NCBI GenBank assembly: GCA_965541585.1
Contig: CBEUCH010000007.1
Location: 113,055 to 177,054 of the forward strand
Length of the DNA stretch: 64,000 nucleotides
Direction of reading: 5' to 3'
Source of the DNA: an uncultured bacterium
GTDB lineage: Bacteria > Zixibacteria > MSB-5A5 > UBA10806
In this document: piece by piece, positions 46,063 through 55,056 of the stretch
How the letters are laid out: each line of letters opens with the position of its first letter
How positions within the stretch are numbered: position 1 is the stretch's first letter
Position numbers and translations under genes: made by a program
The notes under the pieces: model-generated
What the model was told of the DNA's origin: nothing
The model's input: the letters and a program-made list of their open reading frames with translations, nothing else
Databases searched by the model: none

Positions 46063-47079
46063 ATGAGAAAATACCTTATACCTGCGGTCATACTGGCCGT
46101 CTTGGGTCTCTGCCTTCCGGCTCACGCCCAGTTCGCCAAGGTTGGTACCGTAGGATTGAAATTCCTCGATATCGGCGTAGGCGGCAGAGCGTTAGCCATG
46201 GGTGAGGCCTATGCGGCGGTAGCCAACGATGCCTCCGCCATCTTCTGGAATCCGGCAGGAACAGCCAATATTAAGTCTGGCGAGGTCTTTGCCGGGTATA
46301 CCAATTGGCCGGCGGATATCAGCTTGTATTCGGTCGCTATGGTCAAGAAAACGGGCATGGGCCATCTGGGCGTGTCCTTTACAATCTTGAATACCGGTCT
46401 GATGAATCGGACTACGACCTATGATCCTGACGGTGATTTCTCCGGAACTTTCGCCTTCGAGGATTGGGCGGCCGGTTTTACTTACAGCCGATTTTTGACT
46501 GACCGATTTTCCTTCGGATCAACATTCAAGCTGGTCAAAGAGAAGCTTGCCGAATGGGAGGAGACCAGCTGGGCTGTAGACGTTGGCACCTATTATGAAA
46601 CCGGCTACAAATCGTTGCGGATCGGTATGGCCATTTTGAACTTCGGTCCGGATATGCGGTTTGATGTCAAGGATGTCGACGGCGTAGCCGGCGGTTTCCC
46701 TGATGGTCTGGACAACGACGGTGACGGTTTCGTCGATAACGATACCGAGGAAGCGGCGGTGCCGCTACCATTGACCTTCCGTGCTGGAGTGGCGTTCGAG
46801 ATTCTGGAAACGGCCACCTCTAAAACCACTATTGCTGCCGAGCTGATGCATCCCTCGGACAACGAGGAGCAATATAATTTTGGCGGCGAGCACTGGTTCC
46901 AGGATATGCTCGCTCTGCGAGCCGGTTGGAAGGTCAATACCGACGAGGGCGGATTTACCGCCGGTGCCGGTTTCAAGCTTCCGCTCTCGGATTTCGGAGA
47001 TGCGTCGTTCGATTATGCTTACAATAACCTCGGCAAGCTGTCCCATATACATCGTGGGTCTTTCAGCTTGTCGTTTTAG
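46063..47079 (+). CDS. PorV/PorQ-family outer-membrane barrel
   Basis: KVGTVGLKFLDIGVGGRALAMGEAYAAVANDASAIFWNPAG; AVDVGTYY; ILNFG; LPLTFRAG; GGEH..LALRAG; DYAY; ends FSLSF. Confidence 0.88.
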   Translation: MRKYLIPAVILAVLGLCLPAHAQFAKVGTVGLKFLDIGVGGRALAMGEAYAAVANDASAIFWNPAGTANIKSGEVFAGYTNWPADISLYSVAMVKKTGMGHLGVSFTILNTGLMNRTTTYDPDGDFSGTFAFEDWAAGFTYSRFLTDRFSFGSTFKLVKEKLAEWEETSWAVDVGTYYETGYKSLRIGMAILNFGPDMRFDVKDVDGVAGGFPDGLDNDGDGFVDNDTEEAAVPLPLTFRAGVAFEILETATSKTTIAAELMHPSDNEEQYNFGGEHWFQDMLALRAGWKVNTDEGGFTAGAGFKLPLSDFGDASFDYAYNNLGKLSHIHRGSFSLSF

Positions 47080-47108
47080 TCAACGCCAAATTTTAAGGAG
47101 GAATTGAA

Positions 47109-48824
47109 GTGAATTCCCTTAAGAAATTTATTTCGGAGGTGGCGGCTTTGTTGGCGTTGGCGCTCCTTCTGGCGGCCGGTTGCGCGGATACGCCGAAGGA
47201 TCCCGATACCAATAACGAGCCCAACACCTCCATAACGAGCTACATCATCGATACAGCCCCCGATTCGGCTACATTCTACAATGTAACCGTCAACTGGCGA
47301 TGGTCTGATAAGGATGGGGAGGCGGTGGCCTTTCGATACTGGGTCGATACCGGCGATACTACGGAAACGTATGATACTAACGCAATCGTCAGGCTCGACT
47401 TCCCCAACAGTACGACAACCTACACATTCTACGTCCAGGCCAAGGACAATTCGAACGACTGGGATGCCACGGCAGCTTCGAGGGTCATAGACATCACCGA
47501 GACCAGGGATATTACCGATCCCGCATTTATGCCGAGTACGGCAGGGATCACGGTTCCCCCGAACGGAGCTTCGACCTCCCGGGGAGTACCGTTTGCGATC
47601 AGCGGCACCGATGTTGACGGCATAGTAACCGATTTCCAGTGGGCGGTTGATGATCCGACTTCATGGACAACCGTTACTCCGGATATAGTCGATGTCAGCT
47701 CATCGGCAGGCGTTATCACGCTCGGTCCGGCTACTCTGACTCTGGGGACGCATATCGTTTACTTCCGGTCCTTGGACAACATGGCCAACGTTGATCCCTC
47801 ACCGCTTTCAATCTCGATCAACGTTGAGGCCGGATACGCGCCTGAAGTTGTTCTTTCAGTTGCCGACGGCCAGTCATTCATAGTGCCTTATACTGCGCCG
47901 ACCTTGGAAGATTTCACGGTTACCGTTACTGCAACCGTTGATTTTTACTATGGCCAGATCGATAGTTTTGTGGTCTCGACCAGCGAAGGCGCTTCCTTCA
48001 CCTCGACCGAGACGGAGATAGTCCTCGGAGATCTGGGTTCCGGCGATTACTGGGTGGATATAACCGCCTGGGACGCCGGCGAGAATTCAACCGCTACAGG
48101 CCAGGTCAGTTTTTCAATCCTTGAGCTGGCTGCGGACAATGGTGTTCTCTGCGTAAACGGTATCGACTGGGGAACCTATGGCAGTGACGCTGATGACATC
48201 TGGGAATCAGGTGTTCCCTGGGGCAACAGAACGAATTTCAAGACCTGGGATCTTTTTGATACATCTCCCCTCTACAGCGACCCAGATTTCGGCGACAACC
48301 TGCTGGGTAAGGGTGGCGGTGTACCTGCATGGATGCTGGATACCGATTTCTTCGAGGCCATTAGCTGGTTCGGCAACAACTTTTCCGGCGACCAGGCGCA
48401 CTGGTCAGCTCTCGAAGATGAGATTATCGCCTACCTCGAAATGGGCGGTAACATTCTGTTACCGGTCAGGTATGGGTCCACCTGGTTCTGGGACGAGTTG
48501 AATACGTACTGCGGTGTTGATCCTGACGCCTGGAATGAATCTCCGGCCGCCGATATTCTTACGGCCAAAGTTGGCACACTGGCTGATATAAATGCAGAGA
48601 CCGGTCAGAGCCTCTGGCATATTCCCATGACTAGTGGCAACCTCTGGATATACGAGGCAGCTACGGCGGCGCCCGGCATGCATGCCGGATTTATTACGTT
48701 GCCTAATGGCGATGGCGGTGGCGGTGCTTTCTGCTACATCGCCGGCAGAAGTTATCGCTGGGAAACCGCTGACATGAAGGCAGCCGTCGATGTTATCCTT
48801 AATACCTATTTCGGGGTTCAATAA
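47109..48824 (+). CDS. Acidic lipoprotein with Ig-like repeats; hypothetical
   Basis: GTG after AAGGAGG; lipobox LAAG-C; repeated W...D.DG....F.(Y/W).VD and (F/Y).V.(A/S).DN....D.(T/S)P segments; C-terminal YLEMGGNILL alpha/beta domain. Confidence 0.75.
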   Translation: MNSLKKFISEVAALLALALLLAAGCADTPKDPDTNNEPNTSITSYIIDTAPDSATFYNVTVNWRWSDKDGEAVAFRYWVDTGDTTETYDTNAIVRLDFPNSTTTYTFYVQAKDNSNDWDATAASRVIDITETRDITDPAFMPSTAGITVPPNGASTSRGVPFAISGTDVDGIVTDFQWAVDDPTSWTTVTPDIVDVSSSAGVITLGPATLTLGTHIVYFRSLDNMANVDPSPLSISINVEAGYAPEVVLSVADGQSFIVPYTAPTLEDFTVTVTATVDFYYGQIDSFVVSTSEGASFTSTETEIVLGDLGSGDYWVDITAWDAGENSTATGQVSFSILELAADNGVLCVNGIDWGTYGSDADDIWESGVPWGNRTNFKTWDLFDTSPLYSDPDFGDNLLGKGGGVPAWMLDTDFFEAISWFGNNFSGDQAHWSALEDEIIAYLEMGGNILLPVRYGSTWFWDELNTYCGVDPDAWNESPAADILTAKVGTLADINAETGQSLWHIPMTSGNLWIYEAATAAPGMHAGFITLPNGDGGGGAFCYIAGRSYRWETADMKAAVDVILNTYFGVQ

Positions 48825-48852
48825 ACCATCAACCGGAGAAAGGAGATAAAAA

Positions 48853-50337
48853 ATGAAGAAAGTATTGTCATTACTCGCCACCGGTTTGATGGTTAGCGCT
48901 CTCATAATCGGTTGCGGAACAGAGGATCCATGGAGCCCCGATCCTACCCGCTCCCTTAATCTTTCCATGGTCTCAGGGCCGGCTGATACGGTGGGTTATA
49001 GTTCGGACGTTTCATTTTCCTGGACCTCCACCGGAGGCGAAGGCGAGGTTCAATACCAATACCGACTGGACCAGGGAAGCTGGTCGACTGCGTCCAATGC
49101 CACCAGCCAGGCCTTTGAGGACGTAACCACCGGCTTTACGCTCGGTGTCAGGGCTACGGACGCCGATGGGAATACAGATGAGGATTCCCGCCAGTTCTGG
49201 GTTGGAGATCAACCAGCGGACGACACAACGCCGCCTACAGCAGAGATAACGTCCTCACCGGCTGAGGGCAGCTTTGTCGCCAGCGGCAGTACCATATCTT
49301 TCACCTGGGATGGCAGCGACGATGCCGATGGTAGTAACGTTCTATTCTGGTATTCATTTGCCGGATCCACATCGGATACATCAGCAACTCGAACCGTAAC
49401 ATTTGTAAACGTTTCAGCTGATCCTGCGGCCGCATTTTCCGTGTGGGCGCTTGACCAGAGTGGAAATGCCTCTACGGCGGCCGCGGTTTCCTTTGTCATC
49501 AAAGACGCCACGATTCTCTATATCGATGACTACCAGTGGTTTGATCTTGGTGGCAATGTGGATATGCCCACGGAGCGCGATCAGAAGCAGTTCTACCGTG
49601 ATATCCTCGAGGGATACGCGTTTGCGGAGTGGGATGTTGCCGAACAAGGTATGCCGGATGCTGCTGCGCTTGCTCCGTTCACAACTATTCTCTTTGCATC
49701 CGATGGCGATGGAGATGATGGCACCTGGTGGTATGAAGTAGGTGCTTTGGGCGGAGGCCCGTTGCGCACTTACCTGGAGACTGACGACAGCCGTCATCTT
49801 ATAGCGATTTGCTCTGAAATCCTTCCATGGATTTGGAGCACAAGCATACCTCCGGCGCCCGGCGATTTTGAATACGACTGGTTTGGCATCGATAGTCAAA
49901 ATGCAGAGGCAATTGACACCACCTATTGGCTGGAAGACTTGGATTACTCCTATGCCATATCGGGATATGACTCACTTACCGTTGATACCGTTAGTTTTTG
50001 CTGGGATTATTGGGATGATTTTACATGGGCTGTTAATACCGGTAACTTTTCCGGGTTGCCTGACTCGATGAAGATTGATGTTGCCAAGAACGGCGATCAG
50101 AACGGTATAGCGTCCAATACGATAAGCCTGCGTGCCGGAACAGTTGTTTTGTTTACATGGGGATTGAATGTTGATGGCGTCAGACCATATGCTTATACGT
50201 ATGCAGATCCTATCGCTCATCTATACTATGTAGGCGGTCAGGCGCGCACCGCTATGATCAACTTCGATGGTTATTCGATGCCACTGCCTAGCATGCGGCA
50301 AACGGTTGGAGCAATTCTTACGGAGTTCGGTGAATAG
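48853..50337 (+). CDS. Acidic lipoprotein with Ig-like repeats and a C-terminal alpha/beta domain; hypothetical
   Basis: AAGGAG SD; lipobox IIG-C; VSFSW..YQYRLD..WS, VRATDADGN, DTTPPTAEITS, VWALDQSGN; ILYIDDY..FY..IL....WDV...G.P domain. Confidence 0.75.
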   Translation: MKKVLSLLATGLMVSALIIGCGTEDPWSPDPTRSLNLSMVSGPADTVGYSSDVSFSWTSTGGEGEVQYQYRLDQGSWSTASNATSQAFEDVTTGFTLGVRATDADGNTDEDSRQFWVGDQPADDTTPPTAEITSSPAEGSFVASGSTISFTWDGSDDADGSNVLFWYSFAGSTSDTSATRTVTFVNVSADPAAAFSVWALDQSGNASTAAAVSFVIKDATILYIDDYQWFDLGGNVDMPTERDQKQFYRDILEGYAFAEWDVAEQGMPDAAALAPFTTILFASDGDGDDGTWWYEVGALGGGPLRTYLETDDSRHLIAICSEILPWIWSTSIPPAPGDFEYDWFGIDSQNAEAIDTTYWLEDLDYSYAISGYDSLTVDTVSFCWDYWDDFTWAVNTGNFSGLPDSMKIDVAKNGDQNGIASNTISLRAGTVVLFTWGLNVDGVRPYAYTYADPIAHLYYVGGQARTAMINFDGYSMPLPSMRQTVGAILTEFGE

Positions 50338-50357
50338 GACAAGTTGATCTACGATCG

Positions 50358-50399
50358 AAGAGCCCGCCCCGACTTAAGATCGGGGTGGGCTTTCTTTTT
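50358..50399 (+). terminator. Intrinsic terminator after the TBDR operon
   Basis: AGCCCGCCCCGA-cttaaga-TCGGGGTGGGCT followed by TTCTTTTT. Confidence 0.8.
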
Positions 50400-50410
50400 G
50401 ATGGTGATTT

Positions 50411-51883
50411 ATGACTAAAACCAGGATGCTTTTTTTAATCGCTACGGTCATGTTAACGGCTAAGGTATCGGCATCGCAGGACATAGCCGGGCAAATCGAC
50501 AGCCTGGTCGCGGATACGACGCTCGATGACGCCCATATCGGTCTGGCCATATATGATATTACAGCGGACAGCATGGTCTACAATCTCAATGCCGAAAAAC
50601 TCTTTTCCCCCGCTTCCAATATGAAGCTTTTCACCAGCGCCGCCACACTGGGGCTGCTCAGCCCCGAATACCGTTTTAAAACCGTCTTTTTCAGAACCGG
50701 CAAAATCGATAAAAAGGGCCGGCTCAAGGGAGATCTGGTGATCGTAGGCGGCGGCGATCCGCTTATTTCAGGGAGGTTCAGAGACAGCGTTACAGAGGTG
50801 CTGGAGTTGTGGGCGGACAGCCTTAAGTCTATGGGAATCAAAGAGATCAAAGGAGATATCGTTACAGATAATTCTTTTTTTTCAGGATCGGAACTCGGCT
50901 CGGGATGGTCCTGGGATGATCTGACATACTGGTATGCCTGTCCCATTTCAGCGCTGTCTTTCAACGATAACTGCGTTGATTTGAAGTTTCTCCCGGGAGA
51001 GAGAGTCGGGGATCCCGCGATTATCGAAATCGACCCGCCCACCGATTATATCACCATCACCAATAATGCCGTTACACTGCCTGCCGATTCGGAATTTACG
51101 CTTGATTATTACAGGAGACCGTATACGAACGATGTCACTTTTTTCGGAGGTATTTCTCTCAGCGATACAGCCGGTGAAATTGACTATGTCTCGGTGCACC
51201 GCCCGGAGATCTACACTACTTATGTATTTGCCAGTGTCATAAAAGAAAAAGGTATTAAATTCAAAGGAGATATTGTTTCTCTCGATGATTTGGAGGATGA
51301 TGAAAGGCCCGTATATGTCTCGGGAAAGCTGGCTCCGCTTTTCGAGTGGCGGTCGGATTCCCTAGGCCTGGTGATATCGGTAATTAATAAGAACAGCCAG
51401 AACTTTTTTGCCGAACAGAGCCTCAAAACCATCGGCAGAGAACTTGGCGGCGAGGGTAGTTTCTCCAGGGGTATCGAATTAGCAGAAGCGTTTTTCGATT
51501 CGATAGGGATTACAGGAGATGATATTTCCATGCACGACGGCTCCGGCTTGTCCTATATAAATATTGTAAAGCCTTCCGCCGTTATTGAGCTTTTAAAGAG
51601 TATGTGTCATAGCCCGTTTTTTCAGACGTATTACGAATCGCTGGCTATTCCGGGGGAGGACCGGTCGGTCAGAACCCGGCTCAAGGAAGTTGAGAATAGA
51701 GAACATGTGAGGGCGAAGACAGGCTATATCGCCAACACCAGCAGCTTTTCCGGGTATATAGATGGGCCGCACGCGGGTCATTTGCTTGCATTTTCGATTA
51801 TGGTTAACAATTATAGTTGTAAAACATCCTACGTGACGGGCTGGCATGATTCAGTGGTTTCGCTTCTACTTCTGGAATACTGA
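50411..51883 (+). CDS. dacB: D-alanyl-D-alanine carboxypeptidase/endopeptidase (PBP4, S13)
   Basis: Signal peptide; PASNMKL (SxxK), GGGDP, NSQNFFAE (SxN), DGSGLS, AKTGYI (KTG). Confidence 0.93.
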   Translation: MTKTRMLFLIATVMLTAKVSASQDIAGQIDSLVADTTLDDAHIGLAIYDITADSMVYNLNAEKLFSPASNMKLFTSAATLGLLSPEYRFKTVFFRTGKIDKKGRLKGDLVIVGGGDPLISGRFRDSVTEVLELWADSLKSMGIKEIKGDIVTDNSFFSGSELGSGWSWDDLTYWYACPISALSFNDNCVDLKFLPGERVGDPAIIEIDPPTDYITITNNAVTLPADSEFTLDYYRRPYTNDVTFFGGISLSDTAGEIDYVSVHRPEIYTTYVFASVIKEKGIKFKGDIVSLDDLEDDERPVYVSGKLAPLFEWRSDSLGLVISVINKNSQNFFAEQSLKTIGRELGGEGSFSRGIELAEAFFDSIGITGDDISMHDGSGLSYINIVKPSAVIELLKSMCHSPFFQTYYESLAIPGEDRSVRTRLKEVENREHVRAKTGYIANTSSFSGYIDGPHAGHLLAFSIMVNNYSCKTSYVTGWHDSVVSLLLLEY

Positions 51884-53163
51884 TGGATTACTTTCATTAT
51901 AAAAGAGGTCATTTATACTGCGAGGACGTCCGGGTTTCGGATATAGTAAAGAAATATTCGACGCCGCTCTATATCTACAGCCTGAAAACCCTTGTCAGAC
52001 ATTTCAAGGTTACATCACAGGTCTTTGGCAGCATTCCTCATATAATCTGCTACGCCGCCAAGGCCAATTCCAATCTGGCAATCTTGAAGGTGGCGGCCCT
52101 GTGCGGCGCGGGCGCCGATGTGGTCTCCGGCGGCGAGCTTCTAATGGCCCTGAAAGCAGGGATTAAGAACGACCGCATAGTCTTTTCGGGCGTGGGCAAG
52201 ACCGATGAGGAGCTTGAACTGGCTGTAAAATCCAAAATCCTGTTTATCTGCGCCGAATCTCTTGATGAAATCGAGACGATTGCCAAAATTGCACGCCGGA
52301 ACAGGATTGTGGCTCCGGTGGCCGTCAGGGTGAATCCCGATATCGATCCCAGGACACATCCTCATATCGCCACCGGGCTCAGACAGACGAAGTTCGGAAT
52401 AAGCGAAAATAGCGCCAAAAAGGCCTACAGGATCTGCCGCGATGAAAAATGGCTTAATGCCGTAGGGATATCGATGCATATCGGTTCCCAGGTTGAGTCG
52501 GTTAAGCCCTATGTCGATTCCGCCTATAAGATAGTGAGTCTTTATAAATATTTATTGAAACAAAGTATTAATCTAAAGTATATAGATATTGGTGGAGGAT
52601 GGGCGGCTCAATTTGAGCGGGACAGTATTTTGCCCCATCCCGACGATTATGTTTCGGCTATTTCGGATCTCTTTACCAATCTTCCGGTGACCGTCGTTGC
52701 CGAACCGGGAAGATCGTTAATCGGCAATGCCGGGGTACTCATTATGAAAGTCATACGCGTGAAAAGAAGTTCATCGATGAATTTCTGTATTGTCGATGCG
52801 GGAATAAATGATTTCATTCGTCCTGTTCTGTATGGGGCGAATCATAGAATTGAGCCGGTATATCATAGACCTGGCAGGAAAGTCGTATACGATATCGTTG
52901 GGCCCGTATGCGAAAACAGTGATTTTCTGGCAAAATCCGTAAGCCTTCCCGAAGTGGAGAAAGGCGATATTCTGGCGCTCTTTACGGCGGGAGCTTATGG
53001 CAGGGTCATGAGTTCGAATTACAACGGACGTCTACGGGCGGCTGAAGTGGCCGTGGCCGGCAGCAATGTTTTCTCAATCAGAGAAAGAGACGATTTTCGG
53101 GATCTTGTCAGAGGGCAGCGAGGAGTTAATATCAGCAAAAAAATAGTGGATGATTTGCTCTGA
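51883..53163 (+). CDS. lysA: Diaminopimelate decarboxylase
   Basis: TPLYIYS, YAAKANSN (PLP Lys), DVVSGGEL, FSGVGKT, RVNPD..THP.I.TG...KFG, HIGSQ, DIGGG, EPGRS, GPVCENSD, GAYG..MSSNYN.R. Confidence 0.93.
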   Translation: MDYFHYKRGHLYCEDVRVSDIVKKYSTPLYIYSLKTLVRHFKVTSQVFGSIPHIICYAAKANSNLAILKVAALCGAGADVVSGGELLMALKAGIKNDRIVFSGVGKTDEELELAVKSKILFICAESLDEIETIAKIARRNRIVAPVAVRVNPDIDPRTHPHIATGLRQTKFGISENSAKKAYRICRDEKWLNAVGISMHIGSQVESVKPYVDSAYKIVSLYKYLLKQSINLKYIDIGGGWAAQFERDSILPHPDDYVSAISDLFTNLPVTVVAEPGRSLIGNAGVLIMKVIRVKRSSSMNFCIVDAGINDFIRPVLYGANHRIEPVYHRPGRKVVYDIVGPVCENSDFLAKSVSLPEVEKGDILALFTAGAYGRVMSSNYNGRLRAAEVAVAGSNVFSIRERDDFRDLVRGQRGVNISKKIVDDLL

Positions 53164-54290
53164 TGAACGATACTGCCAGGCCTTCGAGGGTTGAAATCGA
53201 TCTTGGGTCTCTGAGGCACAACGTTCGGAAGATCAAATCCTGGATCGGGGATAAGACTAAGCTCATGGCGGTTGTCAAAGCCGATGCTTACGGGCATGGA
53301 GCGGTGAAGGTTTCCCATGTCGTATCAGAGGAAGGGGTCGACTTTCTTGGCGTGGCGATGCTGGAGGAGGCCGATGAAATCCGCCAATCCGGGATCGATA
53401 TTCCTTTAGTAATCTTATATCCCGAAACTACAGAAAGGAGCGCTGAAGCGGTCAGCCGTGGGTATTGTATTACAATATCCGATATGAGCGATTATCATGA
53501 AATCAGGCAGGCATTGTGCAACCATGATATGCCAATTAGATATTTTCTGAACGTCAATACCGGGATGAACCGTTATGGTATGGATTACGATACATCCGCC
53601 GCAGGAGATTTGATCGGTCTATCAAATCCGGCCTCTTTTATGATGGGTTTTACCACGAATCTGGCAGACCCGGCCCGAAACAACCCGGCTCTGGCGGATA
53701 AGCAGGTGGAGAATTTCATTAAAATCATGCACGCTGCCCGGCGTTTTTCGCAAGATGGCTTTCTCTATTCTTATGAGTCGTCCGGTTCGCTCTACAGGCA
53801 AAGGGCGGCGGATGGGTCTCTGGTAAGAGTCGGGCTCCTGATATACGGTCTGGCACCGGGCGAGGAAGATGCAGGAGAATTAAAGCCGGTAATGTCAGTG
53901 AAGAGTCGGATCTCGGAGATACGCGATCTCCAGGAGGGGGATGGCGTGGGCTATGGATTTTCCTATATAGCAGCCAGGAAATCGAGAATAGCTGTGATCC
54001 CGATGGGATATGCAGATGGGTATCCCTGGAGCCTTTCAAATAAAGGCGCCGTTATCATCAGGGACTCTGAAGCACCCGTAGTTGGCCGGGTCTGTATGGA
54101 CGCCTTTATGGTGGATGTAACAGATATTACGGGGTGTGCGGTTGGCGATGATGTAGTGATACTGGGATCAATGGCGGGGACCGAAATCAACGCTGATAGA
54201 TTGGGCGAATGGGCTGGCTCATTCTCTTATGAAATCCTATCAGGCTGGGGCAAAAGACTGCCGAGGATTTACCATGATAGTCAGGATTAA
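53163..54290 (+). CDS. alr: Alanine racemase family protein (divergent barrel motifs)
   Basis: MAVVKADAYGHG (PLP Lys), TGMNRYG, VRVG..IYG, GVGYG (catalytic Tyr), GYADG, VVGRVCMD, YEIL....RLPR. Confidence 0.8.
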   Translation: MNDTARPSRVEIDLGSLRHNVRKIKSWIGDKTKLMAVVKADAYGHGAVKVSHVVSEEGVDFLGVAMLEEADEIRQSGIDIPLVILYPETTERSAEAVSRGYCITISDMSDYHEIRQALCNHDMPIRYFLNVNTGMNRYGMDYDTSAAGDLIGLSNPASFMMGFTTNLADPARNNPALADKQVENFIKIMHAARRFSQDGFLYSYESSGSLYRQRAADGSLVRVGLLIYGLAPGEEDAGELKPVMSVKSRISEIRDLQEGDGVGYGFSYIAARKSRIAVIPMGYADGYPWSLSNKGAVIIRDSEAPVVGRVCMDAFMVDVTDITGCAVGDDVVILGSMAGTEINADRLGEWAGSFSYEILSGWGKRLPRIYHDSQD

Positions 54291-55056
54291 TATTAACGTC
54301 GCCGATATCAGGCTGGAGCCGCAGTATCATACCGAGAGGACCAGTCAAGCTTTGTTCAATGAACTGGTGGACGTTCTGGAGGCGAAAGAAGGGTATTGCC
54401 GGGTCAGGACATGGGATCAATACGAGGGTTGGATTGCGGAGCAATTTCTGACTGAGCATGATAATTTTGATGGCCAGGGGCCTTTTGCTATCGTGCGCAA
54501 TCTTGCATCTGCCTTCGAAAAGCCAGATCCTGCCTCCAGAAAGCTGACATCAATTCCCTATGGCTGTCAGCTTTTCGGAGCTATTACGGGTGAGTTTTTT
54601 AAAATCTACTCCGAAAGATATGGCGATATCTATATCAAACGATCAGACCTGTCGGCACCCGGTGATATCAATATAAAATATGATTCGAAATCCAACGAAC
54701 TTGTAATGGAGGCGGAGAAATTCCCGGGCGCTCCATACCTTTGGGGCGGGCGGTCTTTTTTCGGGATCGATTGTTCGGGATTCGCACAGACGATAATGAG
54801 GAGATTCGGAATTTCACTTCCCCGGGATACGAAAGATCAGATCAATTGCGGCGAAGACGTTAAACGCGAAGATATTAAATCGGGGGATTTGCTTTTCTTC
54901 TCACGTCATGTGACGATTGCCTTATCGGATACACAAATGATACATTCCAGTCTGTCAAACGGAGGGGTCGCGTACAACAGCTTCGATCCTCAAAGCCCTG
55001 TTTACAGCAAATATCTCGATGAGTCTTTCATCACCGCCCGGAGAGTTCTGGCATGA
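54274..55056 (+). CDS. SH3-NlpC/P60 gamma-D-glutamyl endopeptidase (YkfC-like), no signal peptide
   Basis: ADIRLEP..SQALFNE..YEGWI; PYLWGGRS.FGIDCSGF; LPRD; GDLLFF..HV; IHS (Cys-His-His). Start ATG 54274. Confidence 0.88.
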   Translation: MIVRININVADIRLEPQYHTERTSQALFNELVDVLEAKEGYCRVRTWDQYEGWIAEQFLTEHDNFDGQGPFAIVRNLASAFEKPDPASRKLTSIPYGCQLFGAITGEFFKIYSERYGDIYIKRSDLSAPGDINIKYDSKSNELVMEAEKFPGAPYLWGGRSFFGIDCSGFAQTIMRRFGISLPRDTKDQINCGEDVKREDIKSGDLLFFSRHVTIALSDTQMIHSSLSNGGVAYNSFDPQSPVYSKYLDESFITARRVLA

